Below, in pieces: positions 10,320-22,919 of a DNA stretch of 27,340 nt. Source of the DNA: Macrostomum lignano (Eukaryota). The translations under genes were made by a program, and so were the position numbers. The notes below the pieces were generated by a model, which saw only the letters and a program-made list of their open reading frames with translations, did not search any database and was not told where the DNA came from. Where the stretch lies: the NCBI GenBank assembly GCA_002269645.1, contig NIVC01002310.1, forward strand, positions 1 to 27,340, given 5' to 3'. Within the stretch, counting starts at the first letter, position 1. Each line of letters opens with the position of its first letter.

Positions 10320-11213
10320 AGCTACACAGCTGCGTGTTCAAATAAAAATGAACCAATTGAATCAATTGATTGTGCAATATATTTCTGTGTTAGTCAGTAT
10401 CAGTCTCAGTTAAAGTTAACAAACAGATTGCGCAATCTAAATCAACCCTCAAATACACACCGACCGACCTCCTAACTGTTGGGGGGTCGGTCGAACGCCA
10501 TTGAAATCCTAAAATGAGTACAATCTTTGCAGAAAGTTTAAAGTATGGAAATAGTTTTTGCAATGCAGAGCTTTTAGTTTTCATATTTAAAGCAAACAAT
10601 TTATATCCCTGAAATCAGCTTTGCAAGTTCTTTCCTGCAATATAAATTTTTTCTCTCAAAGTTAAAAACTCGAGCAACAGTTTGCGTTTGAAACTTTCTG
10701 ATTTAAAGCATTGAAATATCGATTGTACGTTCACTGCCTGCTAAAGAGGCCCGCAAGTTTATGCATTGAATTTCAACGTTCAACAAAATCACAGGGCTGC
10801 CTATTGAAAATTAGAACACAAATCTTTGCGCAATTGTCTATACAGTCAGCCAGTGAGCCAGGGTCCGATTGTACACATGCAGCCATTTAGAACGCCCCAT
10901 CCCCCCACTGGAGAGAAAATACACTGCAGAGATAGGGAAAAGTTGTGGCGCAATCACTTGAAATTCATGCAAATTTTCAGCTCCAAGCAGAAAGAGGGGA
11001 CAATTAAGATTATCAAAGGTCAAGACCGCCGTTTTCTGCTTTTTTGAGGATCTTAGAAATTAAAATTTCAGAATTAAAATAGCCTATAGCCGACCTCGGA
11101 TAATTTCCAATCTTCCCATATAAGTTTCAACGCTGAGTTGGCACTATTCAAGGAGGAGTTGTCGAAATGACAGACAGACAGACAGACAAACAACACGTCA
11201 ACTTTAGTATATA

Positions 11214-12442
11214 CGAGGCCAACTCCTCCTTCGGAGAAGAAAGGGGAAGAACTCCAATCAGCGGAATTCCATTCCCTGAACTCCATCAGCGGAATCCCAT
11301 TTTCCAACACCTCTCCGCGCAACAGAAATCGTCTCCGTGAAACTGAACACTATCGAAATCCTCTCCGTGAAACTGAACACCATCGAAATATTCTCCGCGA
11401 AATAGAAATCCTCTCCGTGAAACTGGACTAAATCGAAATTTCTACGTCAAATAGCCCAGCTCTCAGAATTCATTGGTTAGGGTTAGGGTTAGGGTTGACA
11501 GCTGCGTGTTGAAAGGCGCCGTAAAAACATTGAACCAATTAAATTGCGCAACTTATTTCTCAGGCAGTCAGTATCAGCCTCAGTTAAAGTTAACAAAAAG
11601 ATTGCGCAATCTAAATCAACCCTCAAATACACAGCAACCGACCCCCTTCCAATACGCAGTGCAGCTAGAAATTGAACTCCCCCCCACCAACTATTGGGGG
11701 GTCGGTCGAACCCCCATTGAACTCCAAAATGAGCACAATCTTTGCAGAAAGCTAAAAGTATGAAAATCTTTTCTTGAATGCTGTGAATTTAATTTTCATA
11801 TTTAAAGCAAAAAACTTATATCCCCGAACTCATTGCAGCAAGATCTTTCCAGCAATATAAGTCTCTCCTCTCTAAGTTCAAAACTCGAGCAACAGTTAGT
11901 GTTTGAAACTTTCTGATTTTAAGCATTGAAATATCGAGTGTACGTTCACTGCCTGCTAAAGATGCTCGCAAGTTTATGCATTAAAATGCACTGAATTTCA
12001 CTGTGCAAAAAATACACAGGGCTTCCTGTTAAAAAACAGAACACAAATAGTTGCGCAATTGTCTATAAAGTCAGTCAGTGAGCCAGGGTTCAAGTGTACA
12101 CACGCAGCCACTGAGAACGCGACCATCCCCCCACTTGAGAGAAAATACACTGCCAAGATAGAAAAATTTTATGGCGCAATCACTAAAATTGATGCAAATT
12201 TTCAGCTCCAAGCAGAAAGAGGGGACAATTAAGATTATCAAAGGTCAAGACCGCCATTTTCTGCTTTTTTAGGGATCTTAAAAATTGAAAATGAAAGATT
12301 AAAATAGCCTAAAGCCATCCTCGGAAAATTTGCAGTTTTCCCATATAAGTTTCAACGCTGACTTGCAAGTATTCTAGGAGGAGTTATCCAACAAACACAC
12401 ACACACACAGACAAACAACGCACCAACTTTAGTATTAAGAGA
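11214..12442 (-). mobile_element. U6: minimal CT-less unit, 1229 bp
   Basis: 3' CTCG plus hairpin; 5' TCTCTTAATACTAAAG. Near-identical to U7 at an offset of 1229 (identical ORF-track entries at 11473 and 12702). Confidence 0.62.
11475..11496 (+). repeat. Telomere-type tract (GGTTAG)3GGTT, U6
   Basis: Read directly. Confidence 0.92.
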
Positions 12443-13669
12443 CGAGGCCAACTCCTCCTTCGGAGAAGAAAGGGGAAGAACTCCAATCAGCGGAATTCCA
12501 TTCCCTGAACTCCATCAGCGGAATCCCATTTTCCAACACCTCTCCGCGCAACAGAAATCGTCTCCGTGAAACTGAACACTATCGAAATCCTCTCCGTGAA
12601 ACTGAACACCATCGAAATATTCTCCGCGAAATAGAAATCCTCTCCGTGAAACTGGACTAAATCGAAATTTCTACGTCAAATAGCCCAGCTCTCAGAATTC
12701 ATTGGTTAGGGTTAGGGTTAGGGTTGACAGCTGCGTGTTGAAAGGCGCCGTAAAAACATTGAACCAATTAAATTGCGCAACTTATTTCTCAGGCAGTCAG
12801 TATCAGCCTCAGTTAAAGTTAACAAAAAGATTGCGCAATCTAAATCAACCCTCAAATACACAGCAACCGACCCCCTTCCAATACGCAGTGCAGCTAGAAA
12901 TTGAACTCCCCCCCACCAACTATTGGGGGGTCGGTCGAACCCCCATTGAACTCCAAAATGAGCACAATCTTTGCAGAAAGCTAAAAGTATGAAAATCTTT
13001 TCTTGAATGCTGTGAATTTAATTTTCATATTTAAAGCAAAAAACTTATATCCCCGAACTCATTGCAGCAAGATCTTTCCAGCAATATAAGTCTCTCCTCT
13101 CTAAGTTCAAAACTCGAGCAACAGTTAGTGTTTGAAACTTTCTGATTTTAAGCATTGAAATATCGAGTGTACGTTCACTGCCTGCTAAAGATGCTCGCAA
13201 GTTTATGCATTAAAATGCACTGAATTTCACTGTGCAAAAAATACACAGGGCTTCCTGTTAAAAAACAGAACACAAATAGTTGCGCAATTGTCTATAAAGT
13301 CAGTCAGTGAGCCAGGGTTCAAGTGTACACACGCAGCCACTGAGAACGCGACCATCCCCCCACTTGAGAGAAAATACACTGCCAAGATAGAAAAATTTTA
13401 TGGCGCAATCACTAAAATTGATGCAAATTTTCAGCTCCAAGCAGAAAGAGGGGACAATTAAGATTATCAAAGGTCAAGACCGCCATTTTCTGCTTTTTTA
13501 GGGATCTTAAAAATTGAAAATGAAAGATTAAAATAGCCTAAAGCCATCCTCGGAAAATTTGCAGTTTTCCCATATAAGTTTCAACGCTGACTTACAAGTA
13601 TTCTAGGAGGAGTTATCCAACAAACACACACACACACAGACAAACAACGCACCAGTTTTAGTATTAAGA
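12443..13669 (-). mobile_element. U7: minimal CT-less unit, 1227 bp
   Basis: 3' CTCG plus hairpin; 5' TCTTAATACTAAAAC. Differs visibly from U6 only at a few positions near the 5' end. Confidence 0.62.
12704..12725 (+). repeat. Telomere-type tract (GGTTAG)3GGTT, U7
   Basis: Read directly. Confidence 0.92.
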
Positions 13670-13825
13670 TGGAACTCCTCCTTCGGAGGAGAAAGGGGAA
13701 GAACTCCCATCACCGGAATTCCATTCCCTGAAATATCCACCAACTGAAATTGCATTTCTTGAACCCTATTTTCCCAATCGTCTCCAAATTCTTTACAAAA
13801 CCTTTCAAAGACCATGGCTCAAAGA

Positions 13826-14977
13826 CTCTCACGTCTCTGATATCTCCTCTCTCCTCTCTTTGCTATTATCGTGACTCTCTTCTCTCTCCTCTCTCTCATC
13901 TCATCTCCACCCCTACTCCTTATTTATCTCTTCTCCCTTGTCTTTCGTCTGTACCTTCTCCTGTCTCTTGTCTCCTCTCTTCTCTCATATCTCTCCTCTT
14001 CACTTCTGTCTCCTGTATCCTCTCTTCGCTCTTATCTCTTCCTCTTCTCTTCTCTCTCATGTCATCTCTACTCACTTGTCTATCGTCTCTCTTAACCCTC
14101 TCTTTCTTCTCTTTTCTCTCCTCTCTGCTCTCATTTTTCATATCTCATATACGCTCTCACACTCTACTTTCTTGTCTCCCATCCTTCTTTCCTCCTTTCC
14201 ACTATCCCCTGTCTCTTCTCTTCTCTCTTTTCTATCCTCTCCATTCTCTCTTCTCTCCTCTCCTTGCTCCTTTCATCTTCTCCCCTCTCTTCTCTCCTCT
14301 CCTTGCTCCTTTCATCTTCTCCCCTCTCTTCTCTAATCTCTAATCTCTTCTCTGTTATGTCCTCACTCATCTCTTCTCATCGCATCTCTCATCCCTCCTC
14401 TCCTCACTACTTTCCTCTCTTAACTCTCTCATCTCTGATCTTTCATCTCTCTCCTCTCTCCTCTCTCTCTTCTCCTTTCGCTTCTCTCTCCTCTCTCTCC
14501 TCTCATCTCTACTACCTTATTTATATCTTCTCCCTGATCTTTCGTCTCTACTCTCTCCTGTCTCCTTCCTCCCCTCTTTTCTCCTCTCTTCTCTCTCCCC
14601 TCCTCTCTCATCTCTCATCCTTCATCTCACTCTTTCTTTCTCCTCTACTTTCCCCTCTCTTCTATTTCCTCTGTACGCTCTTATCCCTCATCTATTCTCT
14701 ATCCTATCATCTCTCTTGTCTCCCTCTGTTATCTCATATCTCCCCTCTCATCTCCTATCTCCTTTTCTCTTCTCCCTCCTTTGTTCCGGCCTTACTCCCC
14801 TCTTCTCTCCCATCTGTTTAGCGGAATGGGCGTTCGCGCCTTCCCGCTGTGTCCCCCCGGGACAGCCCTGCAGCTAAGTCTCCCATCTGTCATGTCTAAT
14901 CTCTCCACTCATTTCTACTCTGTTTTCTATCATCTCATCTCTCTTCTCTTTTCATTCTTCTCTTTACTCTCTTCTCT
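13826..14977 (+). repeat. CT-rich block, U8 (contains a 39-bp tandem duplication at 14246-14323 and a 61-bp insert)
   Basis: As above. Confidence 0.9.
14818..14878. other. 61-bp GC-rich (41/61) insertion flanked by the 12-bp direct repeat TCTCCCATCTGT
   Basis: Direct repeats at 14806-14817 and 14879-14890. The empty site TCTCCCATCTGTCATGTC is seen in other units (e.g. ~7376, ~27053). Confidence 0.9.
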
Positions 14978-15274
14978 GACTGATTGAAGATGGCAAATTC
15001 ATCAAGATCCTCTCCGCAAAGCAGTCCGTGCAACTGAAAACCATCGAAATCCTCTCCTTGAAACTTAATTCCATTAAAATCGTCTCCATAAAACCGAAAT
15101 CAATCATAAATTATCTCCGCGAAACAGAAATACTCTCCGTGAAACTGAACACCATCGAAATCCTCTCCACGAAACAGAAATCCTCTCCGTCAAAATTAAA
15201 ACATTGAAATCGTCTCCGCTAACTGGACTCAATCAATTTTTTTCCGTCAAACAACTTAACTCTCCGGATTCATT

Positions 15275-15310
15275 GGTTAGGGTTAGGGTTAGGGTTAGGG
15301 TTAGGGTTAA
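15275..15310 (+). repeat. Telomere-type tract (GGTTAG)5GGTTAA, U8
   Basis: Read directly. Confidence 0.95.
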
Positions 15311-16865
15311 AGCTACACATAGCTTCGTGTTAAAAGGCACTGATAAAAATATTGAACTAATTGAATCAATTCATTGCGCAACCGATTTCACAGTCAGTAA
15401 GTATCAGTCTCAGTTAAAGTTATTAAAAACATTGCGCAATCTAAATCAACCCTCCAATACACAGCAGCAGTGAGAAGTTGAATCCTCCCCCCAACTTTGT
15501 CTATTACGTCTCGCAAAACTGAGTACAATTTTTGCAGAAAGTTAAAAGTATGGAAATACTTTTTCAAATGCTGAGCTTTTTCTTTTCATATTTAAAGCAA
15601 ACAACTTATATCCCCGAACTCAGCGTTGCAAGATCTTTTCAGCAGTATAAGTCTCTTCTCTTAAAGTTTAGAACTCGAAGAGCAGTTAGCATTTGAAAGT
15701 TCCCGTTTTAAAGCATTGAAATATCGAGTGTACGTTCACTGCCTGCCAAAGAGGCTCGCAAGTTTATTTATTAATTACACCGGCCGGCTATTACACAGGG
15801 CAGCCTATTGAAAGGCACAGATAATAAAACAAATTGATGGCGCAACCGATTTCACAGTCAGTCAGTATCAGTCTCAGTTAAAGTTAACAAAAACATTGCG
15901 CAATCTAAATCAACCCTCCAATACACAGCAGCTGTGAGAAGTTAAACCCTCCCCCAACTTTATCTATTACGTCTCGCAAAACTGAGTACAATCTTTGCAG
16001 CAAGTTAAAAGTATGGAAATAGTTTTTCAAATGCTGACATGCTGTGCTTTTTCTTTTCATATTTAAAGCAAACAACTTATATCCCCGAACTCAGCGTTGC
16101 AAGATCTTTCCAGCAATATAAGTTTCTCTTTTCAAAGTTTAAAACTCGAGGAACAGTTAGCGTTTGAAATTTACCGACTGCTTGCCTGACAGACTCGCAA
16201 GTTTGCTCATTGAATTTCACTGCCCAGCTAATACACAGGGCCGATAATAAAACCAATTGAATCTCGGCACAGTTTTATCTGTTCACAACAGCTATGTACA
16301 CTCAGCCCAAGCCCAACCCCCCGTTCCGGGGGAATCATTAAATTTAACCCAACCCCCCGACACGCGGGGGTTTTATTTGCATTGAACCAGAACACGCGCA
16401 CCCACCACCCTCAATACACAGCGGCCCGCGGGCGGAGGTTGGGTGGCTATTTTTACAAACTGGCTGCAGCCCCAGCCAGAGTGGCAAAAGAAGGTTATTG
16501 GGGGTCAAAAAGGCAGTTTTCTGCTTTTTTGAGGATCTTAGAAATTAAAATTTCAGAATTAAAATAGCCTATAGCCGACCTCGGATAATTTCCAATCTTC
16601 CCATATAAGTTTCAACGCTGAGTTGCCACTATTCAAGGAGGAGTTGTCGAAATGACAGACAGACACACAGACAGACAGACAAACAACGCGTCAACTTTAG
16701 TATATGTAGAGAAGTGGAACTCCTCCTTCGGAGGAGAAAGGGGAAGAACTCCCATCACCGGAATTCCATTCCCTGAAATCCATCAGCTGAAACTCCACTT
16801 GAATCCCATCTTCCAAATCGTCTCCAAATTCTTTACAAAATCTTTGAAAGACCATAGCTCAAAGA

Positions 16866-17874
16866 CTCTCACGTCTCTCATATCTCCTCTCTCTTCTATT
16901 CGCTATTATCGTGACTCTCTTCTCTCTCCTCTCTCTCATCTCATCTCTACCCGTACTCCCTTATTTATGTTTTATCCCTCGTCTTTCGTCTGTACCCTCT
17001 CCTGTCTCTTGTCTCCTCTCTTCTCTCATATCTCTCCTCTTCACTTCTGTCTCCTGTCTTCTCTCTTCTCTCTTATCTCTCCCTCTTCTCTCCTCTTTTA
17101 TATGTCATCCCTATTCACTTATCTATCGTCTCTCTTAACCCTCTCTCTCTTCTCTTTTCTTTCCTCTCTGCTCTCATTTCTCATATCTCATATACGCTCT
17201 CACACTCCACTTACTTGTCTCCAATCTTTCTTTCCTCCTTTCCACTTTTCCCTGTCTCTTCTCTTCTCTCTTTTCTATCCTCTCCATTCTCTCTTTTCTC
17301 CTCCCCTTGCTCCTTTTATCTTCTCCCCTCTCTTCTCTAATCTCTTCTCTCTTCTCTCTTTTGTTCTCACTCATCTCTTTTTATCGCATCTCTCATCTCT
17401 CCTCTCCTCACTACTTTCCTCTCTTAACTCTCTTATCTATTTCATCTCTCTCCTCTCTCCTCTTTCTCTTCTCCTCTCGCTTCTTCTCTCGCTTCTCTCT
17501 CCTATCTCTCCTCTCATCTCTACTACCGTATTTATATCTTCTAACTGGTCCTTCGTCTCTACTCTCTCCTTTCTCCTTTCTCCCCTCTTTTCTCCTTTCT
17601 TGTCTCTCCTGTCTCCCTCCTCTCTCATCCCTCATCCCCTCATCTCACTCTTTCTTTCTCCTCTACTCTCCCCTCTCTTCTATTTTCTCTGTACGCTCTT
17701 ATCCCTAATCTATTTTCTCTCCTCTCTCCTCTTTTCTACTCTCTCCCTCTTCGTTCCCGCCTAAATCCCCTCTTCTCTCCAATCTGTCATGTCTAATATC
17801 TCCACTTATTTCTACTCTGTTTTCTATCATCTCATCTCTCTTCTGCTTTCATTCTTCTCTTTACTCTTTTCTCT
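16866..17874 (+). repeat. CT-rich block, U9
   Basis: As above. Confidence 0.9.
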
Positions 17875-18020
17875 GACTGATTGAAGATGCCAAATCCATC
17901 AAGATCCTCTCCGCGAAGCAGAAATCCTGTCCGTGCAACTGAAAACCATCGAAATTCTCTCTTTTAAACTGGACTCAATCGAAATTTTCTCCGTCAAAAA
18001 AATAAATATCAGGATTCATT

Positions 18021-18056
18021 GGTTAGGGTTATTGTTAGGGTTAGGGTTAGGGTTAA
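18021..18056 (+). repeat. Telomere-type tract, 6 units with variants, U9
   Basis: Read directly; identical to the U5 tract. Confidence 0.9.
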
Positions 18057-19564
18057 AGCTACACAGCTGCGTGTTCAAATAAAAATTGAACCAATTGAAT
18101 CAATTGATTGCGCAACCGATTTCTCAGTCAGTCAGTATCAGTCTCAGTTAAAGTTAACAAAAAGATTGCGCAATCTAAATCAACCCTCCAGTACACAGAG
18201 ACCGACCTCTTTTCAATACGCAGTAGCAGTTAGAAATTGAACGCCGAACTGTTGGGGGCATTGAACCAAAAAATGAGTACAATCTTTGCATAAAGCTAAA
18301 AGTATGGAAATAGTTTTTTTGATGCTGCTCTTTTAGTCTTTACATTTATAGCAAACAATTTATATCCTCGAACTCAGCGTTGCAAGATCTTTTCAGCAGT
18401 ATAAGTATCTTCTCTTAAAGTTTAGAACTCGAAGAGCAGTTAGCGTTTGAAAGTTCCCGTTTTAAGGCATTGAAATATCGCGTGTACGTTCACTGCCTTC
18501 CAAAGAGGCTCGCAAATTTATTCATTCATTACACAGGCTGGCTATTACACAGGGCAGCCTATTGAAAGGCACAGATAATAAAACAAATTGATGGCGCAAC
18601 CGATTTCACAGTCAGTCAGTATCAGTCTCAGTTAAAGTTAAGAAAAACATTGCGCAATCTAAATCAACCCTCCAATACACAGCGCCCGACCGCCTTCCAC
18701 TACGCAGTGGCAATTAGCAATTGAACCCCCAAATTTATCTCTGACCTATCGCAAAAATAAGTACAATCTTTGCAGCAAGTTAAAAGTAAAAGTAATAAAA
18801 TCGTTTTTTGAATGCTGTGCTTTTAATTTTACAGTTAAAGCAAACAACTTATATCCCTGAACTCAGCGTTGCAAGATCTTTCCAGCAATATAAGTCTCTC
18901 CTCTCAAAGTTCAAAAATCGAGCAACAGTTAGCATTTGAAACTTTCTGATTTAAAGCATTGAAATATCGAGTGTACGTTCACTGCCTGCTAGAGAGGCTC
19001 GCAAATTGATGCATTGAATTTCACTGTCCGCCAGTTAGCTAGGGTCCAAGTGTACACACGCCGCCACTGAGAACGCTCCTATCCCCCCACTGGAGAGAAA
19101 AAACACTGCCAAGTTAGCAAAATTTTATGGCGCAATCACTTGAAATTCATGCAAATTTTCAGCTCCAAGCAGAAAGAGGGGACAATTAAGATTATCAAAG
19201 GTCAAGACCGCCGTTTTCTGCTTTTTTGAGGATTTTAGAAATTAAAATTTCAGAATTAAAATAGCCTATAGCCGACCTCGGATAATTTCCAATCTTCCCA
19301 TATAAGTTTCAACGCTGAGTTGCCACTATTCAAGGAGGAGTTGTCGAAATGACAGACAGACACACAGACAGACAGACAAACAACGCGTCAACTTTAGTAT
19401 ATACGAGTGGAACTCCTCCTTCGGAGGAGAAAGGGGAAGAACTCCCATCACCGGAATTCTATTCCCTGAAATATCCATCAACTGAAATTCCATGTCTTTA
19501 ACCCTATCTTCCAAATCGTCTCCAAATTCTTTACAAAATCTTTCAAAGACCATAGCTCAAAGAC

Positions 19565-20275
19565 TCTCAAGTCTCTCATATCTCCTCTCTCCTCTCTCTC
19601 ATCTCATCTCTACCCCTGCTCCCTTATTTATCTCTTCTCCGTCGTCTTTCGTCTGTACCTTCTCCTGTCTTCTGTCTCCTCTCTTCACTCTTATCTCTCC
19701 CTCTTCTCTCCTCTCTCATATGTCATCTCTACTCACTTATCTATCGTCTCTCTTAACCCTCTCTCTCTCTCTTCTCTTTTCTCTTCTCTCTGCTCTCATT
19801 TCTCATATTTCATATACGCTCTGACACTACTTTCTTGTCTCCCATCTTTCTTCCTCCTTTTCACTATCCCCTGTCTCTTCTCTTCTCTCTTTTCTATTCT
19901 CTCCATTCTCTCTTTTCTCCTTTCCTTGCTCCTTTCATCTCTCTCCTCTCTCCTCACTCTCTTCTCCTTTCGCTTCTCTCTCCTCTCTCTCCTCTCATCT
20001 TTACTACCTTATTTATATCTTCTCCCTAGTCTTTCGTCTGTACTCTCTCCTGTCTCCTCTCTCCCCTGCTCTCTCATCCCTCATCTCCTCATCTCACTCT
20101 TTCTTTCTCCTCTACTCTCCCCTCTCTTCTATTGCCTCTGTACGCTCTTATCCCTCATCTATTCTCTCTCCTATCATCTCCAATCTGTCATGTCTAATCT
20201 CTCCACTCAATTATACTCTGTTTTCTATCATCTCTTCTCTCTTCTCTTTTCAGTCTTCTCTTTACTCTCTTCTCT
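19565..20275 (+). repeat. CT-rich block, U10
   Basis: As above. Confidence 0.9.
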
Positions 20276-20666
20276 GACTGATTGAAGATGCCAAATCCAT
20301 CAAGATCCTCTCCGCGAAGCAAAAATCCTGTCTGTGCAACTAAAAACCATCGAAATCCTCTCAGTGAAACTGGACTCCTTCGAAATCCTCTCCTTGAAAC
20401 TTAAATCCATCAAAATTGTTTCCATAAAACAGAAATCAATCATAAATTATCTCCGCGAAACAGAAAGCCTCTCCGTGAAGCTGAACATGATCGAAATCCT
20501 CTCCGTGAAACTGAACACATGGAAATCCTTTCGTGAAACTGAACACCATCGAAATCCTCTCCACGAAACAGAAATCTTCTCCGTCAGAATTTAAACATTG
20601 AAATCGTCTCCGCTAAACTTGACTTAATCGATTTTTTCCGTCAAACAACTCAACTCGCCAGATTCA

Positions 20667-20706
20667 TTAGGGTTAGGGTTAGGGTTAGGGTTAGGGTTAG
20701 GGTTAG
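20667..20706 (+). repeat. Telomere-type tract (TTAGGG)6TTAG, U10
   Basis: Read directly; perfect repeats. Confidence 0.96.
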
Positions 20707-21783
20707 AACTACGCACAGCTTCGTGTTAAAAGGCACAGATAAAAATATTGAACTAATTGAATCAATTCATTGCGCAACCGATTTCACAGTCAGTCAGTAT
20801 CAGCCTCAGGTAAAGTTAACAAAAACATTGCGCAATCTAAATCAACCCTCCAATACACAGCAGCAGTGAGAAGTTGAACCCTCCCCCCAACAATCTTTGC
20901 AGATTAAAGTACAATCTTTGCAGAAAGTTAAAAGTATGGAAATCGTTTTTCAAATGCTGTGCTTTTTCTTTTCATATTTAAAGCAAACAACTTATATCCC
21001 CGAACTCAGCGTTGCAAGATCTTGCCAGCAATATAAGATTCTCCTCTCAAAGTTTAAAACTCGAGGAACAGTTAGCGTTTGAAACTGTCTGATTTATAGC
21101 ATTGAAGTATCGAGTGTACGTTCACTGCCTGCTTGCAAGATGATGCATTGAATTTCAATGTCCAACAAATACACAGGACTGCCCATTGAAAGGCAGGAAA
21201 ACTTATCAGTAGCCATATCATTGCGCAATTATCTATAAAGTCAGCCAGTGAGCCAGGGTCCAAGTGTACACACGCAGCCACTGAGAACGCTCCCACCCCC
21301 CACTGGAAAGAAAATACACTACAGAGATAGGGAAAGGTTGTGGCGCAATCACTAAAAATTCATGCATTTTTCAGCTCCAAGCAGAAAGAGGGGACAATTA
21401 AGATTATCAAAGGTCAAGATTCAAGTTTTCTGCTTTTTTGAGGATCTTAGAAATTAAAATTTCAGAATTAAAATAGCCTATAGCCGACCTCGGATAATTT
21501 CCAATCTTCCCATATAAGTTTCAACGCTGAGTTGGCACTATTCAAGGAGGAGTTGTCGAAATGACAGACAGACATACAGACAGACATACAGACAGACAAA
21601 CAACGCGTCAACTTTAGTATATAGAGTGGAACTCCTCCTTCGGAGGAGAAAGGGGAAGAACTCCCATCACCGGAATTCTATTCCCTGAAATATCCATCAA
21701 CTGAAATTCCATGTCTTTAACCCTATCTTCCAAATCGTCTCCAAATTCTTTACAAAATCTTTCAAAGACCATAGCTCAAAGAC

Positions 21784-22492
21784 TCTCAAGTCTCTCATAT
21801 CTCCTCTCTCCTCTCTCTCATCTCATCTCTACCCCTGCTCCCTTATTTATCTCTTCTCCCTCGTCTTTCGTCTGTACCTTCTCCTGTCTTCTGTCTCCTC
21901 TCTTCACTCTTATCTCTCCCTCTTCTCTCCTCTCTCATATGTCATCTCTACTCACTTATCTATCGTCTCTCTTAACCCTCTCTCTCTCTCTCTCTTTTCT
22001 CTTCTCTCTGCTCTCATTTCTCATATTTCATATACGCTCTGACACTACTTTCTTGTCTCCCATCTTTCTTCCTCCTTTTCACTATCCCCTGTCTCTTCTC
22101 TTCTCTCTTTTCTATTCTCTCCATTCTCTCTTTTCTCCTTTCCTTGCTCCTTTCATCTCTCTCCTCTCTCCTCACTCTCTTCTCCTTTCGCTTCTCTCTC
22201 CTCTCTCTCCTCTCATCTTTACTACCTTATTTATATCTTCTCCCTAGTCTTTCGTCTGTACTCTCTCCTGTCTCCTCTCTCCCCTCCTCTCTCATCCCTC
22301 ATCTCCTCATCTCACTCTTTCTTTCTCCTCTACTCTCCCCTCTCTTCTATTGCCTCTGTACGCTCTTATCCCTCATCTATTCTCTCTCCTATCATCTCCA
22401 ATCTGTCATGTCTAATCTCTCCACTCAATTTACTCTGTTTTCTATCATCTCTTCTCTCTTCTCTTTTCAGTCTTCTCTTTACTCTCTTCTCT
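21784..22492 (+). repeat. CT-rich block, U11
   Basis: As above. Confidence 0.9.
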
Positions 22493-22885
22493 GACTGATT
22501 GAAGATGCCAAATCCATCAAGATCCTCTCCGCGAAGCAAAAATCCTGTCTGTGCAACTAAAAACCATCGAAATCCTCTCAGTGAAACTGGACTCCTTCGA
22601 AATCCTCTCCTTGAAACTTAAATCCATCAAAATTGTTTCCATAAAACAGAAATCAATCATAAATTATCTCCGCGAAACAGAAAGCCTCTCCGTGAAGCTG
22701 AACATGATCGAAATCCTCTCCGTGAAACTGAACACCATGGAAATCCTTTCGTGAAACTGAACATCATCGAAATCCTCTCCACGAAACAGAAATCTTCTCC
22801 GTCAGAATTTAAACATTGAAATCGTCTCCGCTAAACTTGACTTAATCGAATTTTTTCCGTCAAACAACTCAACTCGCCAGATTCA

Positions 22886-22919
22886 TTAGGGTTAGGGTTA
22901 GGGTTAGGGTTAGGGTTAG
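22886..22919 (+). repeat. Telomere-type tract (TTAGGG)5TTAG, U11
   Basis: Read directly. Confidence 0.96.

Larger units (their letters stand above)
8983..11213 (-). mobile_element. U5: putative non-autonomous Helitron-like element (long CT, beta, y-type end)
   Basis: The hairpin is present but CTCG is missing at the left junction; 5' TATATACTAAAG. The left half resembles U9 and the right half resembles U4. Confidence 0.55.
13670..16710 (-). mobile_element. U8: longest unit (long CT with 61-bp insert, duplicated monomer, alpha, y-type end)
   Basis: The hairpin is present and exactly CTCG is missing at the left junction; 5' TCTACATATACTAAAG. Confidence 0.57.
16711..19403 (-). mobile_element. 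U9: unit with long CT, duplicated monomer, beta, y-type end
   Basis: The 3' end reads hairpin + TTCCACTTC (CTTC variant); 5' TATATACTAAAG. Confidence 0.57.
19404..21623 (-). mobile_element. U10: first of three near-identical units
   Basis: 3' hairpin plus CTCG. Carries the diagnostic ACAATCTTTGCAGATTAAAGTACAATCTTTGCAGA duplication at ~20890, shared with U11 and U12. Confidence 0.6.

Noticed and set aside
11473-11763. MVRVRVRV.. ORFs resembling telomeric Val-Arg dipeptide products
   Set aside because: Only 2-6 repeats, TTG starts, and downstream frames differ between units; no evidence of expression.
14818-14878. 61-bp insert as an HDV-like or hammerhead ribozyme, or a tRNA/SINE fragment
   Set aside because: It has P3-like, P4-like and GCTAAG-like pieces but no P2 pairing on either strand, no CTGANGA/GAAA core, and no A/B boxes.
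20667-20706. TTAGGG tracts as a real chromosome end
   Set aside because: Each is 40 bp or shorter and is flanked on both sides by conserved unit sequence; they are interstitial.
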